Assembly (NCBI GenBank): GCA_030867685.1
Contig: JAQOWU010000003.1
Location: forward strand, 1 to 64,000
Length of the DNA stretch: 64,000 nt
Direction: 5' to 3'
DNA from: Wickerhamiella versatilis
Taxonomy: Eukaryota
Shown piece after piece: positions 1 through 10,789 of the stretch. Numbering within the stretch: position 1 is the stretch's first letter; each line of letters begins with the position of its first letter. Under the pieces are notes generated by a model. That model worked only from the letters and a program-made list of their open reading frames with translations. It searched no databases and was not told the DNA's origin. A program made the translations under genes and the position numbers.

Positions 1-1
1 A

Positions 2-559
2 GCTTTAGGGTTGAATGCCACAAAATCACATCCTTGGGGTAGTTCCTGGGATATGATATACTTTGGAGCCTGCGGCGAAGGGAACGATTTTTCAGACATC
101 TTCAACGTATATGAAGACCCTGGCTCAGTATCTTTCCGCTATGACTTCTCCTTGGTAGAATCTTTCGATATAGGAGTTGGCAAGCGGACAATAAGAAAGA
201 GTGGGACCCCAGGTTGTACGACTGGTTATGCAATTAGTCGTAGGGGGGCTAGGCGCATGCTCGTCAGACAAGCAATTGATTCTGACATGCCTATCGATAT
301 TATGATTCAATCAGAAATAGGAAAGGGCAATATCGAATCATTTACTGTGTGGCCACCCATAATGGTTCAATGGATATATAAACGTGGACTAGGAGGAAGC
401 GTTAGAGACTCTGACATATATAATGGGGAGGGTGAATCCAGTTATGACGAGACCGTATGGGCAGACGTCCATGAAACTCGGAACGTGTGGAGTGTGGACG
501 ATGTAAGATCTCGTTTTCCAGTTTACAAGTGGGGGTTGGCTGAAGTTGGAAAGCTGTAG
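2..559 (+). CDS. Glycosyltransferase family 25-like protein, 3' part (5' end outside window)
   Basis: WDMIYFGAC and CTTGYAISRRGARRML motifs typical of fungal GT25-like proteins; frame open from window start. Confidence 0.65.
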   Translation, partial: ALGLNATKSHPWGSSWDMIYFGACGEGNDFSDIFNVYEDPGSVSFRYDFSLVESFDIGVGKRTIRKSGTPGCTTGYAISRRGARRMLVRQAIDSDMPIDIMIQSEIGKGNIESFTVWPPIMVQWIYKRGLGGSVRDSDIYNGEGESSYDETVWADVHETRNVWSVDDVRSRFPVYKWGLAEVGKL

Positions 560-1141
560 AATCCCAGTATTTTGCACGCCACGGCAAGAAGCGAGCCTGA
601 GTACTTCGGGGAAAAATTAGTGAGCGAGTTTCAAAATATCATCGGAGATTTCGAGAGCATCTTGGAGGATTACGGATTTATCGAAAAAAGTCAGATGACC
701 GTCGTAAGTAAGAGACTCATTTTAACAAGCTGCAAAGGGAGTAATAACCCTGACTTATTATGACTAAGCATATTCAATTTATCTTAGGTAGATGGAGGTG
801 ATAAGCTTGCGAAAAGCTTGTTTCGAACATAAATCTGCGTTTAATTGAAATTAAAGTACTTCTGTGGGACCTTAGTGTTATAGCGTTATATTATCAGAAG
901 AGCAAGGTGAATAATATGAGTCAAATGTGGCCACACACATTGATAAGAGCTGGTTTCTAGAGAAACGAAAAGTCGTTCGAACTTAATGTAAAGTAAAGTG
1001 TGTCTAGGACAATATGGAATTTTTAGAGTCCCCCCTTATGCCAATTTAAAGAGCATGGGTCCTGAACTTATCCCAATTTCTATTACAAGTCGAAAAGGAT
1101 TTGTCAGAAAGGTTAGCGTCGCGAATTAGCGCACTTCACTA

Positions 1142-1216
1142 CCTAAGACTGGCCAGATAAAGCAAGATATCAGCGACTACTCGCTATACAGCGGTTTGGA
1201 CAATGCAAGATAGCCC
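1142..1216 (-). repeat. Two tandem copies of the intergenic ~40-bp motif
   Basis: cctaagactggccagataaagcaagatatcag (1142-1173) and ttggacaatgcaagatagccc (1196-1216) match the reverse complement of the consensus. Confidence 0.8.
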
Positions 1217-1736
1217 AAGGCATTCCAGAATGACGTATGACTTGCACAAACCGCCTGTAGATTGTGTTAGATAATTCGGTGGATTCCCGGTGAGTGATTG
1301 GGCAAGGATATGTATGTGAGAACCTGTACAGGACACGTGCTTCGGCGCAGTTCTCTGATATCTGCATGGCAGTATCATACTCTATTCCAATAAAACATGT
1401 AAAATGGGCCATTAGCATAAGTTTAGTCCATCATTTACGGGTTAATTCTTGAATTTCCCACAGTACTTGTCGTACCCCCGGTCACTGCCCTTACCTCGGA
1501 TGACCTATTACTTCGAATTTTGGGGTCTGAACGCTCCTATCCCATTCAATAGATTCCTAGAAGTGGTCAATCCGGATCGATAGACAGCTATCCTCTAGCC
1601 CAGAGAGTACAAACGTTGTTTTGTAGTGGCGTACTGACTCGCTGTAAATCAGATATGTCATCGTTCTGCTCGATCCATCGTAAAAAAAAGTTATAAGTAA
1701 GCTGAAAAACCAGCTTTCAGATTATTTTATTCACTG

Positions 1737-2195
1737 ATGCTAGCGAAGCTGTGGTATCTGTTGTTCGCCGCAGCTTATGTTGTGGCTTGGACATCAAGTT
1801 CTACATTCGGTATTATCGCCCAACCGATTGACGTTGATGTCTATGAAGAGAGGCCGATCACAAATGCAACAGTTGGCTACCGTGAAGGCTTTCTGGGTGT
1901 GTTCGGTCGTCGTGGCGCTTTTAAGATTTCAAATGGAAATTTGATTGATCTCACTCAGAGACCACCTAACAATTATGTTATGGCCAGCCAAGAGTACCCT
2001 ATATTTGGTGCGCTCGTTTATGGCCCTCTAGATTCGAAGGGTTCTAAGTGGGAGTTACGAAATGGGACATTGGTAGTGGAATTAGAGTCCGAAGTATCCG
2101 TAATGTCATTCAAGAACGTCAGCGGTAGTCTTGGCATACATGTGGGATCAGTTTTTAGTGGACCTAAAGTCAAGCTTGCTGCCGTGCCCCTATAA
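1737..2195 (+). CDS. Small secreted protein, possibly cell-wall (Cwp1-like beta-rich) type
   Basis: 152 aa ORF with hydrophobic N-terminal signal peptide and N-glycosylation sequons; family uncertain. Confidence 0.55.
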   Translation: MLAKLWYLLFAAAYVVAWTSSSTFGIIAQPIDVDVYEERPITNATVGYREGFLGVFGRRGAFKISNGNLIDLTQRPPNNYVMASQEYPIFGALVYGPLDSKGSKWELRNGTLVVELESEVSVMSFKNVSGSLGIHVGSVFSGPKVKLAAVPL

Positions 2196-2709
2196 CTAAA
2201 GCAAATCCCCTTGATTACGTCGTTATGATCTTTCAAATACGCCCTCAGATGACATAGGTATGCTATTTTGGTCTTAATCCGTCCTTCTACTCTTAACATA
2301 CCGGCATGTTTTTCATAGAGACATTCAGATAATGAACCTTACCCTGGTGCCTATCTAGTGAAGCGATTTTATATTACAATATAGATTCTGGAAAGAAACT
2401 GCCTGCAGTTTGAGCTGGCCTTAGAGTTTTTTTCCCTTCTTGATATGATTTCTATGTACGGCGTATGATTATAGGCGGCTTGTCATATAAGTCTTACTTG
2501 AAAAAATCCATAATAAGGGAATTGTAAATTATATAATTATCGAGATGTTTTCCTGATATTTATAATGTCAGTATCTGAATTGAGATTATTTCATACCTTA
2601 TATCAACAAAATTCAGAATATCATCTATTCTGCGTGCAACAACATATCCTGCCAGCACAAGGTGTGACCCGATAACATAATCACACCAGTCAACTTCGAG
2701 AAGCGAAGC

Positions 2710-4452
2710 ATGGCAACCCTTCCACCACAGTCGCATGCCACAGCTGGTGCACTGGAAAACAAGGAAATGCGTCTGGCCACCAGCACAAAACTTCCAATAT
2801 ATGCTGCGCTCTGTTGGGTAACACTGATCGAATTTTTCTTATATGTTTATGAGAATAAAGGCATACTCTATGAAGCAGATGAAACGGTGGAAAACCTGAG
2901 TCTACGCTTTTCAATTCTTGTCATGGCTCTTATGCTAACCGTGGGGTCACGTATGTCGCGAGGGATCCTTTTAGTGCTTATACCAGGTCTCTATTTGTCA
3001 GGAACATTGACAACTATTGCTTTTGGTCGATCTTGGACCACAGATTCTTTTTCTTATTTATTTTTCCATACCTCGTTAATATGCATGACATTGAATATAC
3101 TGCCGACCCAAACGAGGGTTGACCTCTCTCAATGGCACGAGTATTTCCTGGCAGCCTTCTTGCTATCCAGTTTATTATGCATAGCTATCAAAATTTATGA
3201 CAACAACTATCCAATATTAAGGGCCGTGGTGGAGTTATTTCCCCTGGTATGTTTATCAACCAGTCATTGCGTGTTTATGATTCTGAAGTGGAAATGCCCG
3301 GGGTTATTGAGTGAAAATCACTTCGTCATCATTCTCAATATTCTTACCGTTATATGCATGGTCATATCCTTATCCATGATATATATAGCGAAACATTTTT
3401 TCGACCTGGAGGATAGAAGATTTTCAAATCTCAACAGTGGACACATAGGCTATGACATCCTACGCAGGAATTCTCTTCTTTCCATTATGCTTGCAATTGC
3501 ATCAATGTGTATTTTCAATATGATTTATGGCTGGCACAGGTTGATTCATGACGCTAGCTGGCAATATCACGGCCACACAAGCATGAAAAAAGAGATAAGC
3601 CAAAAATTCAACCCTGTTGTCGATTGTTGGAAAAGCATCAATCCCTCCATGGTCTGGATTTTCGTCTTGTTTACCGTCGTATTTTTCCTAGTGAACACCT
3701 CTCTGTACAGATATTTGCAATACTATGGCCAGTTTGCATTAGGTCGTTCCAGAGTGAAAGCGAAAGACGCAAAGATATATCGGGGCATTGGAGAAACTAT
3801 TGAAAGGTTCCATCATGGAATAATAACGTTTGACTGCTTTTTCCTATTCTTATCGGGGTTTCTGGCCTCTTGCCAACTGGATAAACATAGTAATTGGATG
3901 TTTTCTCTTATCCTTACAGTTTCAGGGCATTTAGGAACAATATCCTTCAAAGAGAGGATTTCTTCTATTGTCGAACCAGCCCCGTCTTATCCCACTATTT
4001 GCTATGCTTTGGCGCATGTAGGCCTAGCTCATGTGTCACGAGGCACAAATCCAGCCTCTATCGATGGAATGGGAACCACCTGGAGTCACGGGTCCTTGCT
4101 AATTTCTCTATGTTCCGTGATACTCTCCTTCTTCACTTGCGTCTCGAGTTATATAGAAGGTTCGATACTTACAGGGTTATCCCTTGTAGAGCTTTTTGGA
4201 ACCTATTGGGATGTGAAAAGCATGAGAAATGTCAATTCTGCCAATCCTTTCGATATAAGTCTCCTATTTACATTTTCGGGACTTACCATATCTATTATTG
4301 CTGTACTTTGTATAGAGGTCATCACCCAGGTATATCTTGTAAGGTGTCAAATCGGATCGAGCGGGGACGAATACTACAGATACATGAGCCTAGCGACATC
4401 TTTCATCATGGCATATGTAGCCGCAATTCTAGAATTCCTCTTAAGTTCCTAG
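2710..4452 (+). CDS. Orphan multi-pass membrane protein (paralog of 48205..50160)
   Basis: 580 aa, many hydrophobic segments; LICMTLNILP...LSQWHEYFL matches IICLTLSLLP...LSCWRDLFL in the 651 aa ORF. Confidence 0.75.
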   Translation: MATLPPQSHATAGALENKEMRLATSTKLPIYAALCWVTLIEFFLYVYENKGILYEADETVENLSLRFSILVMALMLTVGSRMSRGILLVLIPGLYLSGTLTTIAFGRSWTTDSFSYLFFHTSLICMTLNILPTQTRVDLSQWHEYFLAAFLLSSLLCIAIKIYDNNYPILRAVVELFPLVCLSTSHCVFMILKWKCPGLLSENHFVIILNILTVICMVISLSMIYIAKHFFDLEDRRFSNLNSGHIGYDILRRNSLLSIMLAIASMCIFNMIYGWHRLIHDASWQYHGHTSMKKEISQKFNPVVDCWKSINPSMVWIFVLFTVVFFLVNTSLYRYLQYYGQFALGRSRVKAKDAKIYRGIGETIERFHHGIITFDCFFLFLSGFLASCQLDKHSNWMFSLILTVSGHLGTISFKERISSIVEPAPSYPTICYALAHVGLAHVSRGTNPASIDGMGTTWSHGSLLISLCSVILSFFTCVSSYIEGSILTGLSLVELFGTYWDVKSMRNVNSANPFDISLLFTFSGLTISIIAVLCIEVITQVYLVRCQIGSSGDEYYRYMSLATSFIMAYVAAILEFLLSS

Positions 4453-5104
4453 CTACCCGATGACTACCTCCAACTAGTAGAACTAATTCAGACACCAGAA
4501 GCAATCATGAAAGACAGCTACTATTTGGTACAGCAATAATTCCTGCATGCTTGCTGCAATAGCAGCGTTAGAAGGATCTTATCAGGACTGGAATACTGCA
4601 CATACAGCCATAATGTTAGTATTGCACGAACGGTCAAGTAAGCTATCTCTGGCTTAAAGTTTTCTCTGTGCCTGTGTTCCAAAAACCTCGGTCATAATGA
4701 GGTATCCAATGCCCAACATATAAATTTTCTCGCTATTACGCCTTTATAAGTACACAGCAAAAATTTGGTTACCTACTGCTGGTATAGACGAAGTACTTCC
4801 TCAATAATTTGGATTTGAATTTATATTCATACTTATTGTTCACCCACTATAAGTACCGTTACTGAGATTGCCCTAAGATATTAAGAATCTTCAGTGTTTA
4901 TGCTATCAAATTAAGGTACACATTTTAGTCATAGTTGATGCGCAATGTGCTGCAAGCTTAATAGGATTACATGCGATTAAATTCACTATGAGTGCCTTTT
5001 CGACCTTGTATTTCTCTATCTTCCATATCTTTCATTCTCAAACAAGGCGCGTTGGTAGCAACTAATTAACTGTCAGGTGACTTCCATGTGTAATAATTTG
5101 TCAG

Positions 5105-5992
5105 ATGATCGTGTTCATTCCAGGCGTTGCAGGCTTTCTTGGACCTTATCTAGCGCGTGACTTGATTCAAGATGGTCACACAGTAATTGGACTAACCCGT
5201 TCGCAATCTAAAGTTGATGAACTGCGTAGCATTGGTGTAAAGCCGATCGTCGGCGATGTATCTGATTTTGAGCTTCTTATCAAACACAGTAGAGAAGCCG
5301 ATGCCATCATGTACCTAGCATTCCCTGGGTTCGAAAATATTCAAGAAGCGAGCCAATTGGAGGCTGATGCGATCACCGCTATTGGAGAGGCTATAAGGGG
5401 GACAGAGAAACCTTTAGTAGTATCAGGGGTGATAGTATTCGGAAAAGCAGCCCCCCATAAGCAGTCAGTAGAGGATGTGTGCAGCATACACCAAGGAGAT
5501 TATCCTCGTGGCCTTGCAGAAGTCGCGGTCAGCAATCTGGCAGAAAAAGGAGTGCGGGTATGCATTGTACGGCTCCCTCAGGTACACGATACCAAGAAAC
5601 AGGGGCTTATTACATTTGTAACTAAGTACGCTAAGGAAAACGGGGTGGCAGCGTACATTGATGATGGCCAGCAAAGGTGGGCAGCCTGTCATGTCTCGGA
5701 TACCGTCAGGTTGTATAGACTGGCGCTAGAGAGAGGTAAACCAGGGGCTCGGTATCATGCTGTGGCCGAGGAAGTTACAATGAAAAAAATTATCGAGGCA
5801 ATTGCGGCGGCGTATGGGTTGCCCGTGAAAGGGGTATCACAGCACGAGGCGTGGGAAATTTATGGATATTTAAGCACTTTTGTCGGATCATATCTTGATG
5901 GATCATCCGAAATAACGCAAGGGGCTCTTGGATGGAAACCTACGGGGAGGTGTTTGGTAGAGGATATATTAGCAGCCCAGGTCTATGAGTGA
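5105..5992 (+). CDS. NAD-dependent epimerase/dehydratase (extended/atypical SDR), bacterial-like
   Basis: N-terminal GVAGFLG Rossmann motif; RLPQVHDTKKQGLI, RWAACHVSD, RLYRLALE, ARYHAVAEE, LGWKPTG. Confidence 0.88.
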   Translation: MIVFIPGVAGFLGPYLARDLIQDGHTVIGLTRSQSKVDELRSIGVKPIVGDVSDFELLIKHSREADAIMYLAFPGFENIQEASQLEADAITAIGEAIRGTEKPLVVSGVIVFGKAAPHKQSVEDVCSIHQGDYPRGLAEVAVSNLAEKGVRVCIVRLPQVHDTKKQGLITFVTKYAKENGVAAYIDDGQQRWAACHVSDTVRLYRLALERGKPGARYHAVAEEVTMKKIIEAIAAAYGLPVKGVSQHEAWEIYGYLSTFVGSYLDGSSEITQGALGWKPTGRCLVEDILAAQVYE

Positions 5993-6226
5993 CATGCAAA
6001 CTTAAGTTATAGGTGGTAACCACTTGCAAGCTTTCTCATCTTGCAGTGAGGGGTCTCGGTGTGACAATCCCACTCCTGAAAATGGGTCCATGTGCATGCT
6101 GCCAGGAGTGCCCACACATGCAGCATATGCCATATATTGTGATTAACTAGCCATGACGTCGTGTATGACAGGACAGTGCCCAATTTTTTAGGTGATAGTA
6201 GCTCGATAGATTATAGATTTAGGCCC

Positions 6227-6258
6227 TAACTACCTGGTATTTTCCAACCAGCCTCAAA
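6227..6258 (+). repeat. Degenerate copy of ~40-bp motif
   Basis: ctacctggtattttccaaccagcctcaaa vs consensus ctatcttgcattgtccaaccagtctcagg (22/29 by hand). Confidence 0.55.
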
Positions 6259-6952
6259 GTGTCAAAAGCTCAAAGACCGAGCAGCACTAGAGATCCATGA
6301 TAAAACAATCTGAGGACTGGGTTCAAGTACATGCGTATAGAGTACTCAGCACAAATCTTTCTTGTGCCCCCAACCGAATCTTTGGATGCAAAAATATGGC
6401 GAAGATGACGCCATGCCGTTATCTCGAAACGATATCGAAAAATTCCTGAGAAAGTTAATATTTGCCAAGAATACAGGGCGATAACACCATTCCATAACAT
6501 AAGTATATCCCATTATCTTCAGAAACGAGTTGATTGCGTTAATCCCGAAAAAACCAGAAACTCTTCCGAAAACCGTAAGATATAGTGATCGACCCACCAG
6601 TAATAAATTGAGGCGTCGCGTCAATCATATTTGCTCTGACAGTCATAGAAGAGATTCATTTGGTCCCTGAAATACAAAATATCATTGACTTTTTCATCCT
6701 TAGAGTATCGTGGTAGCGACTGTTCTTTCAAAACTTATGAAGCTAAAATTTATTCATGTTTATCGCCAAATTCTTATGAATATTATATCTTTCACCAGAA
6801 TTAATATATATATTTCTGAACAATCCTCAGGGGTGAAAAGATGTTTGAATAGATTAACACCCAATTAAGCAAGCTTGCTTAAGCTATGCAAAATTTCCTC
6901 TTTTTCATAAATGACATGCCTCCTGCAGCAGGGGCGGGGCTTAATACTCAAC

Positions 6953-7224
6953 CCCCAGGTCTAACAAAATGTCTCCATATACTAGCACGCTAGCTCGAGC
7001 GTGAAAAAAATTTATACCTCATTTATTCATGATGAGAGTTCTGATAACTATTCAAGAGAAATTTCATCTTCGCGATCAAATCCGGCAGAGAAAAGTGGAT
7101 GCCCTCATGCCAGATCAGAATCGAAATTGATTTGGGGTAGGGGGGAGGTGCTTGATCCTCTGGGGATCTCCGCTGCCGCTGCCGCTGCCGCTGCCGCTCG
7201 CCCAACAGGGTTTGTTCTCGAATT
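6953..7224 (+). repeat. ~270-bp non-coding element, copy A (homolog at 32654-32924)
   Basis: Colinear blocks ccccagg..caaaat..cgctagc..agagaaaag(t/c)ggatg..cttga(t/c)cctc..ggggatct..(gccgct)n..gtttgttct shared with copy B. Confidence 0.8.
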
Positions 7225-7556
7225 AAACTAAGGACTACTGGAGCAGGATAAGTTTAATTTTCTATAAGAATACCTTGTGGAATCAAATAAATACCACCAT
7301 CCTTTTGCTATCTATCGAGGGTACCATGTCGAGACTACGTAGGAACTAGCGGTGATCAGAAGGGCATTTTCAGTTTCTTGAAAATTTGTTTTCGTCAAAT
7401 GGCATTGTAACAGGGATCTGTATTGAGCTGTCCCTTTCATTATCTACCAATAATGATCGGTAGTGCTACTGACTGGTTGGGAGCTCGCATATGGGTACAG
7501 ACTAGTTTACTGCAATCCAATGCTAAAATTCTTAAAACATTTCGAAGCTGCTCCTA

Positions 7557-7658
7557 GTGGGCTATCTTGCATTACAGGGTTAGATCATGGAAGTGGAAAT
7601 ATATAGGAAATAGTATTTAAAAGTACGGTCCTGGGCTATCTTGCATTGTCCAACCAGT
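7557..7658 (+). repeat. Two copies of ~40-bp motif (one internally deleted)
   Basis: gtgggctatcttgcatt-acagggtt (7557-7581) and tgggctatcttgcattgtccaaccagt (7632-7658). Confidence 0.88.
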
Positions 7659-7715
7659 TTTGTAGAGGTTTGCTATAAGACACACGATGACAAATCACAT
7701 CACCGCCCCTGATCG

Positions 7716-8579
7716 ATGATTGAAAGGTCGGATGAAGAGAACCAAAACACAGCAGCGTTTGACGATATCAAAGAATCAGAATTGCAAGGAAATGATAGAA
7801 ATACAGATGCTATGAATTGTTTTGTAGTTGAAATTATCTCTGCTGCTCTGGTCGGTTTTGGTGGTATTATGTCCCTTGCGGTTCCAGAATCCACACACGG
7901 TACAATGGGATTTAAGCTATTTCCAATGATGGTAGCTATACTACCGTTTGGAATTGGTAATTTGTTCAAGCCTGAGCGCTACCATGCCCTGAAACGAACC
8001 GCGATAATATGGTTCTGCGCTTCCCTAATTCTGGTCATAAGTCATACTGTCAACGCAAAAAATATTTCTCATGGAGTTTATAACTGCAGTGGATCCTACA
8101 GTGCGTGTTGGTCCATGCGTACAGGCTGCGATGAGTTCTTTGCCGTGCTCGGTATATTTTCGGGACTGTTTTTATCACTTGTTTTGGTTTTGAGCCTCGT
8201 TACGAAGATAAAGCACACGAATCGTGATTTGACAGCCATTATACTGATATTTATTGCTTCCTGTTTCACGCTTTCACTGATAACACCTATCTCATTAGCG
8301 CCCCTGTTAAGACCGCTGCGGCCTTATCAAACAATCATCTCCATTCTGCTGCTGTCTTTTCCATTGGCCATTGTTCCTGTAGCTCCTCCGTGGACGTTTT
8401 GGATTTTTTCTGCTCTATGCTTGCTGCAATCCCTGGTTAATGTTTGGTCATTTGCTCAAAATGAACAAACGCCAATGGTTCTTGCTGGAATCTCGGCAAG
8501 TGTTAGTTACGTACTGGCGGCATTGCTGCTAATTCCAAGTGATTATCTTTCAGAACCTGTACACGACACCCAGGACTAA
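7716..8579 (+). CDS. Hypothetical multi-pass membrane protein
   Basis: 287 aa, acidic N-terminus followed by about 8 hydrophobic helices; no family recognised. Confidence 0.65.
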   Translation: MIERSDEENQNTAAFDDIKESELQGNDRNTDAMNCFVVEIISAALVGFGGIMSLAVPESTHGTMGFKLFPMMVAILPFGIGNLFKPERYHALKRTAIIWFCASLILVISHTVNAKNISHGVYNCSGSYSACWSMRTGCDEFFAVLGIFSGLFLSLVLVLSLVTKIKHTNRDLTAIILIFIASCFTLSLITPISLAPLLRPLRPYQTIISILLLSFPLAIVPVAPPWTFWIFSALCLLQSLVNVWSFAQNEQTPMVLAGISASVSYVLAALLLIPSDYLSEPVHDTQD

Positions 8580-8788
8580 TACCCTTTAGCGATATATTCA
8601 TATCACCAGGATGTATAAGCTATCATATAGCCAAATTCCTTTCAGTATCAGATGTCAGTCATATCTAAATAAATATCAGCTCGCAGAAGTCGTACGTCCA
8701 ATATAGGTCACCTTGGAATTCCTGGTTGGATGTCGAAGATCAGTATCTTATGATGCTTATGCGATGGACGAAATATAATACAACTAAG

Positions 8789-10789
8789 CTAGATAAAAAC
8801 CAGCGCGAGAACCCAAATATAGCCCTTCAAGCTTTGGGCACCATTTGCCTGGGGCGGCAAATTCGTGGTTTGTCTTGGAGATGGCTCAAGTGTTCCGGAT
8901 GAAGGGGTTATCCCGCTGGATTTATCACCACCTGCTTTAGAAGACGAAAGTGTTTGATGAGCCTTGAGTGTCGCTGTTGGCAGGCAGTCAGTGAGGGTGA
9001 GAGTTGTGGGCGCTGTGACTGTTATACTCGTATTGCCGAATTTAAAAGTTGTGGGCTGTGGGCAGTAAGTCACATAGCTAGTGACATCAGCGGTCACAGT
9101 ATCCTTAGGAAATGAGACATTCCTACTGAGGATCGATGGCCCAGTTGTAGTGGTAGAGCCTCGAAGTACAGCCGATGGACCGTATGCCGTAGATTCGTTC
9201 GCGGTAGTGTACGCAGTGGACAGAGCTTTGGTACTCCCTGATACTGAGGACGTAGTAGTTATATTCGTTTGGGGAGAATTTGTTGTCTTCGTACTCCCTG
9301 ATGTGGTGCTGGAGCTCGAGACATTAGCACTACACCCTGCGTTGTCTCTTCCTAGGTCCTCATAGCTGATTTGGCCAAGAAGATATTGCAAATTTTTAAA
9401 TGCAACAGCAGGCTTGTCCTCAGGGATCATGTGTCCAGAATCAGTTACCGTAATAAATGTTAGGCTTCGCTCAGAGTGATATGTTCCCGCATCCTCGCCC
9501 CCAACACGAAGTGCCGCATTAGGCCTGGAATAGAAGCCCCGGGACCCACCCCAGGTCATATTTTGAATAGCGAGGGCTGATCCATTCGCCAGAAGCTGGA
9601 AGTCATTAAGGCCATGCTGGATAAGAGTACGTTCACTTTTTTCAATTACACCGGGCAGAATAGAAACATCAGGGAAAAGATTCGCAGAACTATAGGCGCT
9701 CGATGGAACTTCAGCGGCAAGCGAAAAAAAGTCAATGCATTCTGACCAATTCTTATTTGGTGCGTGTATTAACTGCTTGAAACCTGGAATATTGTTTAAG
9801 ATATTGTCTGATAATTCGTCAATACCACCCAGGGGGTCTTCAGATTGTACTGATTCCTTGATGTTATAGGTGTAGAAGTACTTATTTGAGGAATACGCTT
9901 CTTCGAAGACTGATTCATAAAGGCTGGGCCCATTCTGAGTGGTATTTGGCTCGTAAAATCCACCGCTTCGAGCAGGATAGACCAGATTCTTCTCCATGTA
10001 GTTGAAGAGACCCAGCGATTTAGCATCCTGGTAAAATTTATCCAGGAAAGCGTCGTTCAATCCGAGCTCTTCATGCCAGTTCTGCACGAACGGTACCACT
10101 GCTGCGTCACGACTCAGAAAGAAATTGGTGAAAACAGGATCATTGATTGAAATACCCTTCAGATTTATGCCCGAGGCCTTGCTTTCAGCCTCATGATCAT
10201 AAATGTAATCTGCAGTGTAGGAGACGTACATTCCCGCCTGAGATTCACCAGTAATCCAAAGATTCTTTCCTTTATTTTCGGGGAACGTATCATAAAAATT
10301 CTGGAGGAATGAAAAAAGTTCAGCGGCATAGCCGCGATAGCTGAGGGTATCCATGGTTCCCGTGCTGAACCCGGTTCCTACGGGCTGGTCTACCCATACA
10401 ACACTGGCAAGTTTGTTCCAGCTGTAGGGATTGAGTTTGACATAGGGCTGATCAGGCCTACCACTCAGATTTTTAGGGAAGAGCACCGGCCCGTTCTCTT
10501 GAAGCAACCCTGCTAGACTAGAGCACCCGGGCCCACCGTTCAGCCATATCACTAAATCGTCACTACTTCCACAACCTTCATCCTGCTTAAAGTACCAGAA
10601 AAAAAGGTCATTCTTCGAGCTAGTGTTTCCACTCACCTCCGTTATGGGCATCAGGCCGGCCCAGGACTCGGGAACTTCGAAGGGAACCGTCGGCCACCTC
10701 GTGCCAACGTGGTAATCCTCGGCACTACGTGCTGCCGAGATGACGGGAAATATTAGTGTAAACAGAGCCAAAACCATTTCCTGCACCAT
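8789..10789 (-). CDS. Serine carboxypeptidase (S10) with Ser/Thr stalk, Ccw12/flocculin-type Cys module and probable GPI signal
   Basis: Signal peptide; WLNGGPGCSS, VDQPVGTGFS, GESQAG (catalytic Ser), SGHMIP (catalytic His); C-terminal YVTYCPQPTT...TDC and hydrophobic tail. Confidence 0.92.
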   Translation of the reverse strand: MVQEMVLALFTLIFPVISAARSAEDYHVGTRWPTVPFEVPESWAGLMPITEVSGNTSSKNDLFFWYFKQDEGCGSSDDLVIWLNGGPGCSSLAGLLQENGPVLFPKNLSGRPDQPYVKLNPYSWNKLASVVWVDQPVGTGFSTGTMDTLSYRGYAAELFSFLQNFYDTFPENKGKNLWITGESQAGMYVSYTADYIYDHEAESKASGINLKGISINDPVFTNFFLSRDAAVVPFVQNWHEELGLNDAFLDKFYQDAKSLGLFNYMEKNLVYPARSGGFYEPNTTQNGPSLYESVFEEAYSSNKYFYTYNIKESVQSEDPLGGIDELSDNILNNIPGFKQLIHAPNKNWSECIDFFSLAAEVPSSAYSSANLFPDVSILPGVIEKSERTLIQHGLNDFQLLANGSALAIQNMTWGGSRGFYSRPNAALRVGGEDAGTYHSERSLTFITVTDSGHMIPEDKPAVAFKNLQYLLGQISYEDLGRDNAGCSANVSSSSTTSGSTKTTNSPQTNITTTSSVSGSTKALSTAYTTANESTAYGPSAVLRGSTTTTGPSILSRNVSFPKDTVTADVTSYVTYCPQPTTFKFGNTSITVTAPTTLTLTDCLPTATLKAHQTLSSSKAGGDKSSGITPSSGTLEPSPRQTTNLPPQANGAQSLKGYIWVLALVFI

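Noticed and set aside
3894-4463. 189-aa alternative-frame ORF and other short overlapping or antisense ORFs (e.g. 25484..26080, 9081..9365, 43965..44345)
   Set aside because: Shadows of longer genes with no independent motifs.
6828-6839. CAGGGGTGAAAA resembling an Ac/hAT terminal inverted repeat
   Set aside because: No partner TIR, TSD or transposase found; short enough to be chance.
7001-7231. 76-aa ORF with poly-Ala
   Set aside because: GTG start; poly-Ala comes from the (GCCGCT)n tract; the frame is not preserved in the homologous copy at 32.7 kb.
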